DNA of 64,000 bases, taken from NCBI GenBank assembly GCA_964016885.1, contig OZ024742.1:284394001-284458000 (forward strand), read 5' to 3'. This stretch comes from Eledone cirrhosa. Lineage: Eukaryota. The translations under genes were made by a program, and so were the position numbers. Of this stretch, positions 27,128 to 42,600 are shown piece after piece. The first letter of the stretch is position 1. The number at the start of each line of letters is the position of its first letter. Below the pieces are notes generated by a model. That model was not told the origin of the DNA. It saw only the letters and a program-made list of their open reading frames with translations, and did not search any database.

Positions 27128-27886
27128 TCTTTCCTCCTCCCTCCTATCTCCTTTTGTTTCTCTGTTGCTTTCTCTTTCTCTCTGTCTCTTCCCTCCTCTC
27201 TCTTTCTTTCTGTCTCTTATTCATCTCTCTCTGTCTTTCTTTCTGTCTCTCCCACTCTCTCTCTCTGTCTCTTCCCCTCTTTCTCCTCATCTCTCACTCA
27301 CTATTTCTCTCTGTCTCTCTCCCTCTCTAACACACACATCACACTTGCTTTACCTGCTTGCCTTTTCTTTTACCCTTTCTCTTCTCTTCTCTTTCTCCCC
27401 CTCCCCTCTTCTCTTTCTCTTCTCCCTCTTTCTCTCTAGCCACCGCACTCACTCTTATCACCTCTCTTTTCTCTTTCTCTCTCCCCTCCCCCTCTCTCTC
27501 TCCTCTCTCCCCCTTTCTCTAAGCGTCGGTCTCACTCTTTTCACCTCTCTTTCTCTTCCTCCCTCTCTCTAGGTTCGATTCTCTCTCTATCTCTTTCACA
27601 TAACACTTGTTCTTCTTGCTTACCTTCTCGTCCTCTATCCTCTTTCTCTTTCACTATCTCTCTCTTTCTTTCTATCGCTCTCTTCAGCTTTCTCTTTCTT
27701 TCTCACACATCACGCTTGTTCTTTACACACCTTCTCTTCTCCATTTTCTTCTCTCTCTCTCTCTCTCTCTCTCTCCCTCTCTCTCTCTCTCTCTTGTTCT
27801 TCGTGCTTACCCTTTCAATCCTCTACTCTACTTCCCCCCTCATCCTTTTCTCCCCTTTATCTCACTCTCATTTCTGATCTCACTGT

Positions 27887-27917
<31 letters not shown>

Positions 27918-27985
27918 CGCAGCCCCCTTATTTTCTCTAACTTCACTCTTCCCGTCTTCATCAATTTTCTCATCCTTTCCATTTC
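27128..27985. repeat. Polypyrimidine (CT-rich) tract
   Basis: Direct reading of the sequence. Confidence 0.9.
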
Positions 27986-28114
27986 CCTGTGGTAGGTAAT
28001 GCCACTCTTATGCTCTTTAGAAAGATTTCGTCTCGCTTCATTTATCAGGTGAGCGATCTGTCCATTTCTCGAATCCCAAATTAATATACCATCGTCTAGA
28101 TCTAGACTCTAGAT

Positions 28115-28643
28115 CAGGGTTTCCCAACCTGGGCGATATCGCCCACCGGTGGGCCATTTCAACTATCGGGTGGGCGATGAACGAATTTTTAGGAAATGGT
28201 GGGCGATCTAAAATTTTGGTGGGCGACAAAGGATTGTCGGTAATTAAGTATGTTATTGATCATATAATGGCCGGTATGCTGTAATCACAGAGCTCGGATT
28301 CGTTCTTCCCTAGTGTGTCTGCACTAGCTGCGTCGCATCAGCCTCAAGGATCACACTGAAAACTAAATATGGTGAGTTTGTTGAAAATTTAATACATGTA
28401 TCATTTTTCAATTTTGTTTCATTGAGAAACATTTAGCAATCAAAAACTTCATTCTTCTGAATAACGTTTCAACTCCGAATGCCCATTTTTCAATATTTCA
28501 TCTCAATAAATATTTCATTTTTTAAGCAACCGTTCTGAATAATGCTTTATTTTTGCGTCCTTAAAATTACTGCACAGGTGGGCGATGGGAATTTTTGTGT
28601 GTGGAAAAGTGGGCGATAACGACAAAAAGGTTGGGAACCCCTG
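28115..28643. mobile_element. hAT MITE
   Basis: TIRs CAGGGTTTCCCAACCT / AGGTTGGGAACCCCTG; TSD CTCTAGAT; subterminal TGGGCGA repeats. Confidence 0.92.
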
Positions 28644-28819
28644 CTCTAGATCTAGACTCTAGATTCTACACATCTAGAAGTTTCCACTAACATGACACAG
28701 TTGTTGTTGTTGTTGTCGTCATGGTTGTTTAGCCCTTGGCCAGCTCGTATTTCAATATATCCAGTCGTATATCGTTCAATGTGATCTTCCATGGTTAAGA
28801 AGATAATAACTTGAATCAT

Positions 28820-29790
28820 TAGAGCATCGGACAAAATGTTTTTCAGTATTTAGTTATGGCCCATTACATTCTGAGTTCAAATTCCGTCGGGGTCAACTTT
28901 GCTTTTCATCCTTCTGGGGTCAATAAAGTAAAGTAACGTCAAAGAACTGGGGTTGATTTGATCGATTTTCACTGCCTTAAATCGATGGCCTTTTGTCTAA
29001 ATTAGAAAACATTATTTGATGAAGATTTGACTGCCATTTCTACAATGTGAAGCGACCACATAGAGACTTTGGCGTTGAGGTTTTAATTTTTTATAGGTTA
29101 ATCAGGAAAAAGGGTAGAGCTCATAAGTCTTATCACAGGCCTCAAAGACTTGTGAATGGAGGGAGGATGGTATTCTCAATACGTAGACCTGGCTCGAATG
29201 CTTGCATCAGAATGTATTCCGCTAAAAGCATCCAAGAGCCATGTGGTAGCGTTAAACCGAGCGATGGATTAAATCTACAATTTTTTCTAAAAAGGCGGCG
29301 AATTGGCAGAGTTGTTAGAACGTTAGAGAGAATTCTTTGCGGTGCTCGTTCTGCCTCTCTGCGCTGTTGAGTTAAAATCCCACCGAAGTCAACTTTACCT
29401 TTCATCCTTTCGAGGTCGATAAAAAGCTAGTAACAGTCCAGTACTGAGGTCGATTCTTCCTCTGCATCTCTTTCTCACTTCCTCTCTATCACATGCACAT
29501 GCAGGCACGCACACATACACGCACGCACACACTCTCTCTCCGTCAGGAATTACAAGTCCATATATACACACAAGTAGGCTATGGCGGGATTTGAACTGAG
29601 AAGGCAAAGAACTAGAACAAATACTCTCAGGGCATTCTATCCGCTGCTCCAAAGATTCCGCCAGCCCAACGCGCTAAACTTGTACTATGTTTATTAACAC
29701 ACGACCGCTGCAGTATTTGAACTCTAAATGAAAGGATCTGAATGGAATTTCGCCCGGCGCCCTAACGCTTCTGCCAATTTGCCGCTTCGA
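28820..29790. mobile_element. Cluster of older SINE copies (28820-29012 +, 29290-29455 +, ~29560-29670 -, ~29710-29785 -)
   Basis: Recognisable B-box (GAGTTCAAAT) and TTTCATCCTT..GGTCGATAAA cores. Confidence 0.7.
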
Positions 29791-30299
29791 TGCTTTTTGA
29801 TATATTTCTAAAGTTGTTCTTGTTTAGCCGCAGTTCAGCCCTGAATAGCCAGACTCGAATTCAAAGCCACACCAGCCATGGACATCCATTGGAATTGCGC
29901 ATTTGAATCTACTTTATCCAACGTATACCTCCATTTTCATGACGATAGAATGCAATTTAGGGAGATTTGACTGCTATTTCTTACAGATCTGGCAACCACA
30001 CAGATGTTTAATATCGGTAGAGGTTATTGTTGTTTATATCTCCATGTCAGATATATTCAAACAGATCAGTGATCAGATATCATAGTTCTGACCATTATGC
30101 TTTTATCATATGTGCAGTGAACTCGGGATCACACTATCCAGCCTGTCTTTTTCTAACACAGTAGAGTGCAATTTAAGGGAGGTTTGGTTGTTATTTTTAG
30201 CAAGTCCAGTGATCTGTAAGACAGTTTTTTTTTTAATGTTTATTATTGCTGGAGTTTAAAGTCGCTGATGTTCCAAAATATGGCAGAGTAGCTCAAATA

Positions 30300-31250
30300 G
30301 TAAAGTAGCACAAATAGGTGTGTTTGAAGATCATTGGAATGTTTTCTGGTATGAGAAGCATTAGCATCACGTTTTGGGGGACTGACCAATTCCAGACCTG
30401 TCAACTCTCTCCGTCCGACTGGGAGATCTCCCATCCATTTTGGGGTAGGTGAGAGATGTCTTCTCTTGTGAAAATTGGTATAGCTTTCATTATGTAAAAT
30501 CTTTCCATTTTTTTTTTTTTTTTTGCGTTTCAACCTTTTCTGTCCCTATCACAGTGAATATGTCAGATTGAATATTCAGTCTTTCTGAATTCTTATTTGC
30601 AAGTGAATGTCTCACCTACGACTGTGTGTCTTTGGCGAACAACTTTGTTTTGTTTGCCTTGGTGGTACCGGTATCAAAAATAGTGTTGCTTTTATTGATG
30701 TTAAATTTGCACACATTTCACGGCTACTGGTAGTAATGAGTCTGGTAGTGGACAAGCTGTTTCTGGATTTTGAGTCTGAAGAGGGAAGCTCTCCTTCGTA
30801 ATATTGAAGAGTTTCTTCGTTTGTAATATTGAAGATCTTGTATTCTGATTTCAAGAATCACTGTAACATATTTAGATAGTAGTGGTCGAGCACCAATTTA
30901 ACACAATCTGGCCATTGCGTGAATTTAGCAGAACACTTCATGATGCAAGCAATCGGCTCGAATCTTCGGTTTTAGATTATCTTTATACCTCATGTCTCAC
31001 CAGACTTTGGGCCGCTGTTTTCTTCACTAAGCGATTAAAAATGTTAGGCGGAGAAAAAATTAGAAGAGGCCAGCACAGCAACCTTCAGCAATGAGAAAGG
31101 GTAATTTGGATCTATTTTTTTTAGGAATTCTTGCAAGAACTCTCAAATGTTTTTGTTCAGCATTTTTTTTAAACACCTCACATTGCATGGGAATATTTCT
31201 CTTAGTTTTCTATCTACTCGAGAGGTTGTTTTTGTACAATAATACATCAA
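30300..31250 (-). pseudogene. Highly decayed LINE RT C-terminus (CR1/L2-like)
   Basis: Only scattered motif-like patches across frameshifts on the minus strand; no long ORF. Confidence 0.3.
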
Positions 31251-31319
31251 TACCATCCTTCCTGTATTAGTTTTTTTGTGTACTCAGTCAACTTATTGTC
31301 TTTCCTTTGTTTCTGTGTA

Positions 31320-31684
31320 TTGATGTTGCAATTGTTGTTGGTGTTATTCATGTTATTACTATTATTTGTGTTGGTGTCGTTGCAATTGTTGCTGCTGTTT
31401 ATTGTTGTTGCTGTTGTTGTTGTTGCAAATGTTTTTTTTTTTCATGCCGCGCTATGATACATGCATGTTGTTGTTACTACTGATATTGTTATTGTTATTG
31501 TTGCTGTGGTAATTGTTGTTGGTGGTGGTGGTGATATTAGTGTTATTGTCATTATTGTTGCATATGTTGTCGTTGTTGTTGTTGTTGTTATTGTTGCTGC
31601 TGTGGTAATTCTTGTTGTCGTTGGAGGTGGTGTTATTAGTGACATTGTAGTGTAAGCTGTTATTGTCATTATTGTTGCAAATGA

Positions 31685-31727
<43 letters not shown>

Positions 31728-31910
31728 GCGAATGTTGTTTCTGCAGCAATTACAGTTGTATTTGTTGTTGTTTTTTTGTTTGTTGTTTCTTTTTGTTATT
31801 CTTTTAAAGTTGATTTGATTCTTGTTGTTCTCGTGGGTGTTGTTTGTGTCCCAGATGATATTACTGTTGTTGTTGTTGCTTATGTACCTGTTGTTGACAT
31901 TATTATTATT
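31320..31910. repeat. (GTT)n-rich low-complexity tract
   Basis: Direct reading of the sequence. Confidence 0.9.
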
Positions 31911-32335
31911 GTTAACTTTGCCTTTCATCCTTAAGGGGTCGATAAAATAAAGTACCAGTAATGTACTGGGATAATTGCTAGCCTTGTGCCTAAAGTAGAA
32001 ACAATTATTATTGTAGTAGTTTATATTTGTATATCTTCATTGTTAAATTAGTCTTGCCATTGTGCACTCCCTGTCTTTGTATTGTCCCCTACATGTCGGA
32101 CCCTGTGGCCAATAAATGAAATCATTATTATTATTGTAGTAGGGCGGTGGATTGGCAGTATCGGTAGAAGGTCGCACGCCATGCTTTGACGCATGGAATT
32201 ACGGCCCTTGTTATTCTGAGTTCAAATCCCGCCGAGGTTAACTTTGCCTTTCATCCTTACGGGGTCGATAAAATAAAGTACCAGTAATAAACTGGGTTTT
32301 TGCTGGCCTTGTGTCAAAAAGTAGAAACCATTATT
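31910..32335 (+). mobile_element. Truncated SINE (31910-32008), Tx1-like 3' tail (~32035-32122) and full SINE (32141-32335)
   Basis: SINE consensus matches. TTTGTATTGTCCCT..CCCTGTGGCCAATAAA resembles the tail at 20392-20440. Confidence 0.8.
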
Positions 32336-32431
32336 ATTATTATTATAGTTGTTGTCGTTTTGATGATGTGTTTGATGATGCTTGAGTTATATTAAATTTT
32401 GTTGTTTATGTTTCCACTGTTGTAGTTATAG

Positions 32432-32496
<65 letters not shown>

Positions 32497-33430
32497 CTTC
32501 TTCTTCTTCTTCTTCTTCTTCTTCTTCTTGTGTTAATTTGTTGTTGCCGCTGTAGTTGCTGCTCTTTGTTGTTGTTGTAGCTGCTGCAGTTGCGGTGGAA
32601 TCGTCATTTTTGTGTGTTTGTTCTTTTCCTTTTTTTCGGGGCAGAACAATTTCAGGTGGTCGTTTCCACCACACGTGTGGCACCTGAGCCTTCCTCCTCT
32701 CATCACAATCACACGAGCAACTCATCCTCTCCCTCTTCCTAAGGAGAAAGAGGTTAAAGTCATGGTCGATAATACATCTGTGTTTACATATGTATTTATG
32801 TGTGTGGGTTTGTGTGTGCATGCGTGTGGGCTGCGCATGCGTGTGTTTTATGTTTGTTTGTTTGTAATGAATGTATGTTTATATACACATGTATATGAGT
32901 TTTGTGTGATTGTGTGTATGTGCTTGTATTTATGTGTGGCTGTGCGTTGCTATGTCTGTGTATTTGTGTGTGTGTCAGTGTGTGTGCGTTTCTGTACAAA
33001 TGTACATGTGCATGTGTGTTTGTGTGTTTGTATGAGTGTCTGTGTGCGTATATTTGTGTGTGCGTGTGTGTCTTGTATGTGTGTTTGCGTGTGTGCGTGG
33101 GTATGTATGTGTGTACTCTAAGAGACAGACCTGAAGTAACGGAGGGGGGAGGGGAGATCTGTGGTAAACCGCTTATAAAATCATTCATCCAGAACTGACG
33201 GGCAGAGTATGAAGGCGAGGGTGTGGAGGTGAGGTTAAGAGGGGGAGAGAGGTTGAGAAGAAAAGAGAGGGAGACTAAAGTTGAGAGAGAATAATGACAT
33301 AGAACGGATGAGGGGGGAGAGGTTGACTTAAAGAGATAGAGAGGGGGATAGAGAGGAAGAGGAGAGAGAAAAGACGAGAGAGGAAAAAAGGGGTGAAAAT
33401 GAAGTTGAGGGGTTGAGAGAGAAGGACAGT

Positions 33431-33496
<66 letters not shown>

Positions 33497-33670
33497 GAGA
33501 GGGAGAGAGAGACTAAGGATGAGAGATAATAGATGACAGAACAGATGAGAAAAAGAGGTTGGGATAAAGAAAGGGAGGAAGAGATGGATGATAGAAGAGT
33601 GAGGGTGAGTCAGAGAGAGAGACTGAATGAAATAATACGAGCGATGAGAGAAGAAGCATAGAAGGCAAAT

Positions 33671-36600
33671 GTGTATGTGAGTGTGTGTATAGATGTATGT
33701 GTGTGTGTATAGATGTATGTGAGTGTGTGTATAGATTATGTGAGTGTGTGTATAGATGTATGTGTGTGTGTATAGATGTATGTGAGTGTGTGTGTAGATG
33801 TATGTGTGAGTGTATAGATGTATGTGAGTGTGTGTATAGATGTATGTGAGTGTGTGTATAGATGTATGTGTGTATAGATGTATGTGTGTATAGATGTATG
33901 TGAGTGGGTGTATAGATGTATGTGAGTGTGTGTATAGATGTATGTGAGTGTGTGTATAGATGTATGTGTGTGTGTGTATAGATGTATGTGTTTATAGATG
34001 TATGTGAGTGTGTGTATAGATGTATGTGAGTGTGTGTATAGATGTATGTGAGTGTGTGTATAGATGTATGTGAGTGTATGTATAGATGTATGTGTGTATA
34101 GATGTATGTGAGTGTGTGTATAGATGTATGTGAGTGTGTGTATAGATGTATGTGAGTGTGTGTATAGATGTATGTGTGTGTGTATAGATGTATGTGAGTG
34201 TGTGTATAGATGTATGTGTGTGTGTATAGATGTATGTGAGTGTGTGTATAGATGTATGTGAGTGTGTGTATAGATGTATATGAGTGTGTGTATAGATGTA
34301 TGTGAGTATATGTATAGATGTATGTGAGTGTATGTATAGATGTATGTGTGTATAGATGTATGTGAATGTGTATAGATGTATGTGAGTGTGTGTATAGATG
34401 TATGTGTGTGTGTGTATAGATGTATGTGTGTATAGATGTATGTGAGTGTGTGTATAGATGTATGTGAGTGTGTGTATAGATGTATGTGAGTGTATGTATA
34501 GATGTATGTGTGTGTATAGATGTATGTGAGTGTGTGTATAGATGTATGTGAGTGTGTGTATAGATGTATGTGAGTGTGTGTATAGATGTATGTGTGTATA
34601 GATGTATGTGTGTATAGATGTATGTGAGTGTGTGTATAGATGTATGTGTGTATAGATGTATGTGTGTGTATAGATGTATGTGAGTGTGTGTCTATAGATG
34701 TATGTGTGTATATATGTATGTGAGTGTGTGTATAGATGTATGTGAGTGTGTGTATAGATGTATGTGAGTGTGTGTATAGATGTATGTGTGTGTGTGTATA
34801 GATGTATGAGTGTGTGTATAGATGTATGTGTGTGTGTGTATAGATGTATGTGAGTGTGTGTATAGATGTATGTGTGTATAGATGTATGTATGTGTGTGTA
34901 TAGATGTATGTGTGTGTATGTATAGATGTATGTGAGTGTGTGTATAGATGTATGTGAGTGTGTGTATAGATGTATGAGTGTGTGTATAGATGTATGTGAG
35001 TGTGTGTCTATAGATGTATGTATGTGTGTGTATAGATCTATGTGTGTGTGTGTATTGATGTATGTATGTGTGTGTGTGTATAGATGTATGTGTGTGTGTA
35101 TAGATGTATGTGTGTGTGTGTATAGATGTATGTGAGTGTGTGTATAGATGTATGTGAGTGTGTGTATAGATGTATGTGTGTGTGTGTGTATAGATGTATG
35201 TGAGTGTGTGTATAGATGTATGTGAGTGTGTGTATAGATGTATGAGTGTGTGTATAGATGTATGTGAGTGTGTGTCTATAGATGTATGTATGTGTGTGTA
35301 TAGATCTATGTGTGCGTGTATAGATGTATGTGTGTGTGTATAGATGTATGTGAGTGTGTGTATAGATGTATGTGAGTGTGTGTATAGATTTATGTGAGTG
35401 TGTGTATAGATCTATGTGAGTGTGTGTATAGATGTATGTGTGTGTGTATAGATGTATGTGTGTGTGTGTATAGATGTATGTGTGTGTGTATAGATGTATG
35501 TGAGTGTGTGTATAGATGTATGTGAATGTGTGTATAGATCTATGTGAGTGTGTGTATAGATGTATGTGTGTGTGTATAGATGTATGTGTGTGTGTGTATA
35601 GATGTATGTGTGTGTGTATAGATGTATGTGAGTGTGTGTGTATTGATGTATGTGTGTGTGTGTATAGATGTATGTGAGTGTGTGTATAGATGTATGTGAG
35701 TGTGTGTATAGATGTATGTGTGTGTGTATAGATGTATGTGTGTGTCTATAGATGTATGTGTGTGTGTATAGATGTATGTGAGTGTGTGTATAGATGTATG
35801 TGAGTGTGTGTGTATTGATGTATGTGTGTGTGTGTATAGATGTATGTGAGTGTGTATAGATGTATGTGAGTGTGTATAGATGTATGTGTGTGTGTGTATA
35901 GATGTATGTGAGTGTGTGTATAGATGTATGTGAGTGTGTGTATATATGTATGTGAATGTGTATAGATGTATGTCTGTGTGTGTATAGATGTATGTGAGTG
36001 TGTGTATAGATGTATGTGTGTGTGTGTGTGTATAGATGTATGTGAGTGTGTGTATAGATGTATGTGAGTGTGTGTATAGATGTATGTGAGTGTGTGTATA
36101 GATGTATGTGTGTGTGTGTATAGATGTATGTGTGTATAGATGTATGTGAATGTGTATAGATGTATGTGAGTGTGTGTATAGATGTATGTGTGTGTGTGTA
36201 TAGATGTATGTGTGTATAGATGTATGTGAGTGTGTGTATAGATGTATGTGAGTGTGTGTATAGATGTATGTGAGTGTGTGTATAGATGTATGTGTGTGTG
36301 TGTATAGATGTATGTGTTTATAGATGTATGTGAGTGTGTGTATAGATGTATGTGAGTGTGTGTATAGATGTATGTGAGTGTGTGTATAGATGTATGTGAG
36401 TGTATGTACAGATGTATGTGTGTATAGATGTATGTGAGTGTGTGTATAGATGTATGTGAGTGTGTGTATAGATCTATGTGAGTGTGTGTATAGATGTATG
36501 TGTGTGTGTATAGATGTATGTGAGTGTGTGTATAGATGTATGTGTGTGTGTATAGATGTATGTGAGTGTGTGTATAGATGTATGTGAGTGTGTGTATAGA

Positions 36601-39600
36601 TGTATATGAGTGTGTGTATAGGTGTATGTGAGTATATGTATAGATGTATGTGAGTGTATGTATAGATGTATGTGTGTATAGATGTATGTGAATGTGTATA
36701 GATGTATGTGAGTGTGTGTATAGATGTATGTGTGTGTGTGTATAGATGTATGTGTGTATAGATGTATGTGAGTGTGTGTATAGATATATGTGAGTGTGTG
36801 TATAGATGTATGTGAGTGTATGTATAGATGTATGTGTGTGTATAGATGTATGTGAGTGTGTGTATAGAATGTATGTGAGTGTGTGTATAGATGTATGTGA
36901 GTGTGTGTATAGATGTATGTGTGTATAGATGTATGTGTGTATAGATGTATGTGAGTGTGTGTATAGATGTATGTGTGTATAGATGTATGTGTTTATAGAT
37001 GTATGTGAGTGTGTGTATAGATGTATGTGAGTGTGTGTATAGATGTATGTGAGTGTGTGTATAGATGTATGTGTGTGTGTGTATAGATTTATGTATGTGT
37101 GTGTATAGATTATGTGAGTGTGTGTATAGATGTATGTGTGTGTATAGATGTATGTGAGTGTGTGTCTATAGATGTATGTGTGTATATATGTATGTGAGTG
37201 TGTGTATAGATGTATGTGAGTGTGTGTATAGATTTATGTGAGTGTGTGTATAGATGTATGTGTGTGTGTGTATAGATGTATGTGTGTGTGTGTATAGATG
37301 TATGTGTGTATAGATGTATGTGAGTGTGTGTATAGATGTATGTGAGTGTGTGTATAGATGTATGTGAGTGTGTGTATAGATGTATGTGTGTGTGTGTATA
37401 GATGTATGAGTGTGTGTATAGATGTATGTGTGTGTGTGTATAGATGTATGTGAGTGTGTGTATAGATGTATGTGAGTGTGTATAGATGTATGTGTGTGTG
37501 TGTATAGATGTATGTGTGTGTGTGTATAGATGTATGTGAGTGTGTGTATAGATGTATGTGAGTGTGTGTATAGATGTATGAGTGTGTGTATAGATGTATG
37601 TGAGTGTGTGTCTATAGATGTATGTATGTGTGTGTATAGATCTATGTGTGTGTGTGTATTGATGTATGTATGTGTGTGTGTGTATAGATGTATGTGTGTG
37701 TGTATAGATGTATGTGTGTGTGTGTATAGATGTATGTGAGTGTGTGTATAGATGTATGTGAGTGTGTGTATAGATGTATGTGTGTGTGTGTGTATAGATG
37801 TATGTGAGTGTGTGTATAGATGTATGTGAGTGTGTGTATAGATGTATGAGTGTGTGTATAGATGTATGTGAGTGTGTGTCTATAGATGTATGTATGTGTG
37901 TGTATAGATCTATGTGTGTGTGTATAGATGTATGTGTGTGTGTATAGATGTATGTGAGTGTGTGTATAGATGTATGTGAGTGTGTGTATAGATTTATGTG
38001 AGTGTGTGTATAGATCTATGTGAGTGTGTGTATAGATGTATGTGTGTGTGTATAGATGTATGTGTGTGTGTGTATAGATGTATGTGTGTGTGTATAGATG
38101 TATGTGAGTGTGTGTATAGATGTATGTGAATGTGTGTATAGATCTATGTGAGTGTGTGTATAGATGTATGTGTGTGTGTATAGATGTATGTGTGTGTGTG
38201 TATAGATGTATGTGTGTGTGTATAGATGTATGTGAGTGTGTGTGTATTGATGTATGTGTGTGTGTGTATAGATGTATGTGAGTGTGTGTATAGATGTATG
38301 TGAGTGTGTGTATAGATGTATGTGTGTGTGTATAGATGTATGTGTGTGTCTATAGATGTATGTGTGTGTGTATAGATGTATGTGTGTGTGTATAGATGTA
38401 TGTGAGTGTGTGTATAGATGTATGTGAGTGTGTGTGTATTGATGTATGTGTGTGTGTGTATAGATGTATGTGAGTGTGTGTATAGATGTATGTGAGTGTG
38501 TGTATAGATGTATGTGTGTGTGTATAGATGTATGTGTGTGTGTATAGATGTATGTGTGTGTGTGTATAGATGTATGTGAGTGTGTGTATAGATGTATGTG
38601 AGTGTGTGTATATATGTATGTGAATGTGTATAGATGTATGTCTGTGTGTGTATAGATGTATGTGAGTGTGTGTATAGATGTATGTGTGTGTGTGTGTGTA
38701 TAGATGTATGTGAGTGTGTGTATAGATGTATGTGAGTGTGTGTGTATTGATGTATGTGAGTGTGTGTGTATTGATGTATGTGTGTGTGTGTATAGATGTA
38801 TGTGAGTGTGTGTATAGATGTATGTGAGTGTGTGTATAGATGTATGTGAATGTGTATAGATGTATGTCTGTGTGTGTATAGATGTATGTGAGTGTGTGTA
38901 TAGATGTATGTGAGTGTGTGTCTATAGATGTATGTGTGTGTGTATAGATGTATGTGTGTGTGTGTATAGATGCATGTGTGTGTGTGTATTGATGTATGTG
39001 TGTGTGTATAGATGTATGTGAGTGTGTGTATAGATGTATGTGTGTGTGTGTATAGATGTATGTGAGTGTGTGTATAGATGAATGTGAGTGTCTGTATAGA
39101 TGTATGTGTGTGTGTATAGATGTATGTGTGTGTGTGTATAGATGTATGTGTGTGTGTGTATAGATGTATGTGAGTGTGTGTATAGATGTATGTGAGTGTG
39201 TGTATAGATGTATGTGTGTATAGATGTATGTGTGTGTGTATAGATGTATGTGAGTGTGTGTATAGATTTATGTGTGTGTGTGTATAGATGTATGTGTGTG
39301 TGTGTATTGATGTATGTGAGTGTGTGTATAGATGTATGTGTGTGTGTGTATTGATGTATGTGTGTGTGTATAGATGTATGTGAGTGTGTGTATAGATGTA
39401 TGTGTGTGTGTGTATAGATGTATGTGAGTGTGTGTATAGATGAATGTGAGTGTCTGTATAGATGTATGTGTGTGTGTATAGATGTATGTGTGTGTGTGTA
39501 TAGATGTATGTGAGTGTGTGTATAGATGTATGTGAGTGTGTGTATAGATGTATGTGAATGTTTGTATAGATGTATGTGAGTGTGTATAGATGTATGTGAG

Positions 39601-42600
39601 TGTGTGTATAGATTTATGTGTGTGTGTGTATAGATGTATGTGTGTGTGTGTATTGATGTATGTGAGTGTGTGTATAGATGTATGTGTGTGTGTGTATTGA
39701 TGTATGAGAGTGTGTGTATAGATGAATGTGAGTGTCTGTATAGATGTATGTGTGTGTGTATAGATGTATGTGTGTGTGTATAGATGTATGTGAGTGTGTG
39801 TATAGATGTATGTGAGTGTGTGTATAGATGTATGTGTGTGTGTGTATATATGTATGTGAGTGTGTGTGTAGATGTATGTGAGTGTGTGTATAGATGTATG
39901 TGTGTGTGTGTGTGTATAGATGTATGTGAGTGTGTCTATAAATGTATGTGAGTGTGTATAGATGTATGTGTGTGTGTGTATAGATGTATGTGTGTGTGTG
40001 TGTATAGATGTATGTGAGTGTGTGTATAGATGTATGTGAGTGTGTGTATAGATGTATGTGTGTGTGTGTGTATAGATGTATGTGAGTGTGTATAGATGTA
40101 TGTGAGTGTGTGTATAGATGTAAGTGAGTGAGTGTATAGATGTATGTGAGTGTGTGTATAGATGTATGCGAGTGTGTATAGATCTATGTGAGTGTGTGTA
40201 TAGATGTATGTGAGTGTGTGTATAGATGTATGTGAGTGTGTGTATAGATGTATGCGAGTGTGTATAGATGTATGGGAGTGTGTGTATAGATGTATGAGTG
40301 TGTGTATAGATGTATGTGTGTGTGTGTATAGATGTATGTGAGTGTGTGTATAGATGTATGTGAGTGTGTGTATAGATGTATGTGAGTGTGTGTATAGATT
40401 TATGTGAGTGTGTATAGATGTATGTGAGTGTGTGTATAGATGTATGTGAGTGTGTGTATAGATGTATGTGAGTGTGTGTATAGATGTATGTGAGTGTGTG
40501 TATAGATGTATGTGTGTGTATAGATGTATGTGAGTGTGTGTATAGATGTATGTGTGTGTGTGTGTATAGATGTATGTTTGTGTGTGTGTATAGATGTATG
40601 TGAGTGTGTGTATATATGTATGTGAGTGTGTGTATAGATGTCTGTGTGTGTATAGATGTATGTGTGTGTGTGTATAGATGTGTGTGTGTGTGTGTATAGA
40701 TGTATGTGAGTGTGTGTATAGATTTATGTATGTGTGTGTATAGATTATGTGAGTGTGTGTATAGATGTATGTGTGTGTGTATAGATGTATGTGAGTGTGT
40801 GTATAGATGTATGTGAGTGTGTGTATAGATGTATGTGTGTGTGTATAGATGTATGTGAGTGTGCGTATAGATGTATGTGAGTGTGTGTATAGATTTATGT
40901 GAGTGTGTGTATAGATGTATGTGTGTGTATAGATCTATGTGTGTGTATAGATGTGTGTGTGTGTGTGTATAGATGTATGTGAGTGTGTATAGATGTATGT
41001 GAGTGTGTGTATAGATGTATGTGTGTGTGTATAGATGTATGTGAGTGTGTGTATAGATGTATGTGAGTGTGTGTATAGATGTATGTGAGTGTGTGTATAG
41101 ATGTATGTGTGTGTGTGTATAGATGTATGTGAGTGTGTGTATAGATGTATGTGAGTGTGTATAGATGTATGTGAGTGTGTGTAGATGTATGTGAGTGTGT
41201 ATAGATGTATGTGAGTGTGTGTATAGATGTATGTGTGTGTGTGTATAGATGTATGTGAGTGTGCGTATAGATGTATGTGAGTGTGTGTATAGATTTATGT
41301 ATGTGTGTGTATAGATGTATGTGAGTGTGTGTATAGATGTATGTGTGTGTGTGTATAGATGTATGTGTGTGTGTATAGATGTATGTGTGTCTATATAGAT
41401 GTATGTGAGTGCGTATAGATGTATGTGTGTGTGTATAGATGTATGTGAGTGTGTGTATATATGTATGTGAGTGTGTGTATAGATTTATGTGAGTGTGTGT
41501 ATAGATGTATGTGAGTGTGTGTATAGATGTATGTGAGTGTGTATAGATGTATGTGAGTGTGTGTATAGATGTATGTGAGTGTGTGTCTATAGATGTATGT
41601 GTGTGTGTGTATAGATGTATGTGTGTGTGTATAGATGTATGTGTGTGTGTGTATAGATGTATGTGTGTGTGTGTATAGATGTATGTGTGTGTGTATAGAT
41701 GTATGTGAGTGTGTGTCTATAGATGTATGTGTGTGTGTGTATAGATGTATGTGAGTGTGTGTATAGATGTATGTGTGTGTGTGTATAGATGTATGTGTGT
41801 GTGTGTGTAGATGTATGTGTGTGTGTGTATAGATGTATGTGTGTGTGTATAGATGTATGTGAGTGTGTGTCTATAGATGTATGTGAGTGTGTGTATAGAT
41901 GTATGTGTGTGTGTGTATAGATGTATGTGTGTGTGTCTATAGATGTATGTGTGTGTGTATAGATGTATGTGAGTGTGTGTCTATAGATGTATGTGTGTGT
42001 GTGTATAGATGTATGTGAGTGTGTGTATAGATGTATGTGTGTGTGTATAGATGTATGTGTGTGTGTGTATATATGTATGTGAGTGTGTGTTTAGATGTAT
42101 GTGTGTGTGTGTATAGATGTATGTGAGTGTGTGTATAGATGTATGTGAGTGTGTGTATAGATGTATGTGAGTGTGTATAGATGTATGTGAGTGTGTGTAT
42201 AGATGTATGTGAGTGTGTGTATAGATGTATGTGAGTGTGTGTATAGATGTATGTGAGTGTGTATAGATGTATGTGAGTGTGTGTATAGATGTATGTGAGT
42301 GTGTGTATAGATGTATGTGAGTGTGTGTATAGATTTATGTGAGTGTGTGTATAGATGTATGTGTGTGTGTGTATTGATGTATGTGAGTGTGTATAGATGT
42401 ATGTGAGTGTGCGTATAGATGTATGTGAGTGTGTATAGATGTATGTGAGTGTGCGTATAGATGTATGTGAGTGTGTGTATAGATTTATGTATGTGTGTGT
42501 ATAGATTATGTGAGTGTGTGTATAGATGTATGTGTGTGTGTATAGATGTATGTGAGTGCGTATAGATGTATGTGAGTGTGTGTATAGATTTATGTGAGTG

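Noticed and set aside
28020-28055. Possible plus-strand microexon (..CTCTTTAG|..CAG|GTGAGC)
   Set aside because: Such short splice-like motifs occur by chance and there is no supporting evidence.
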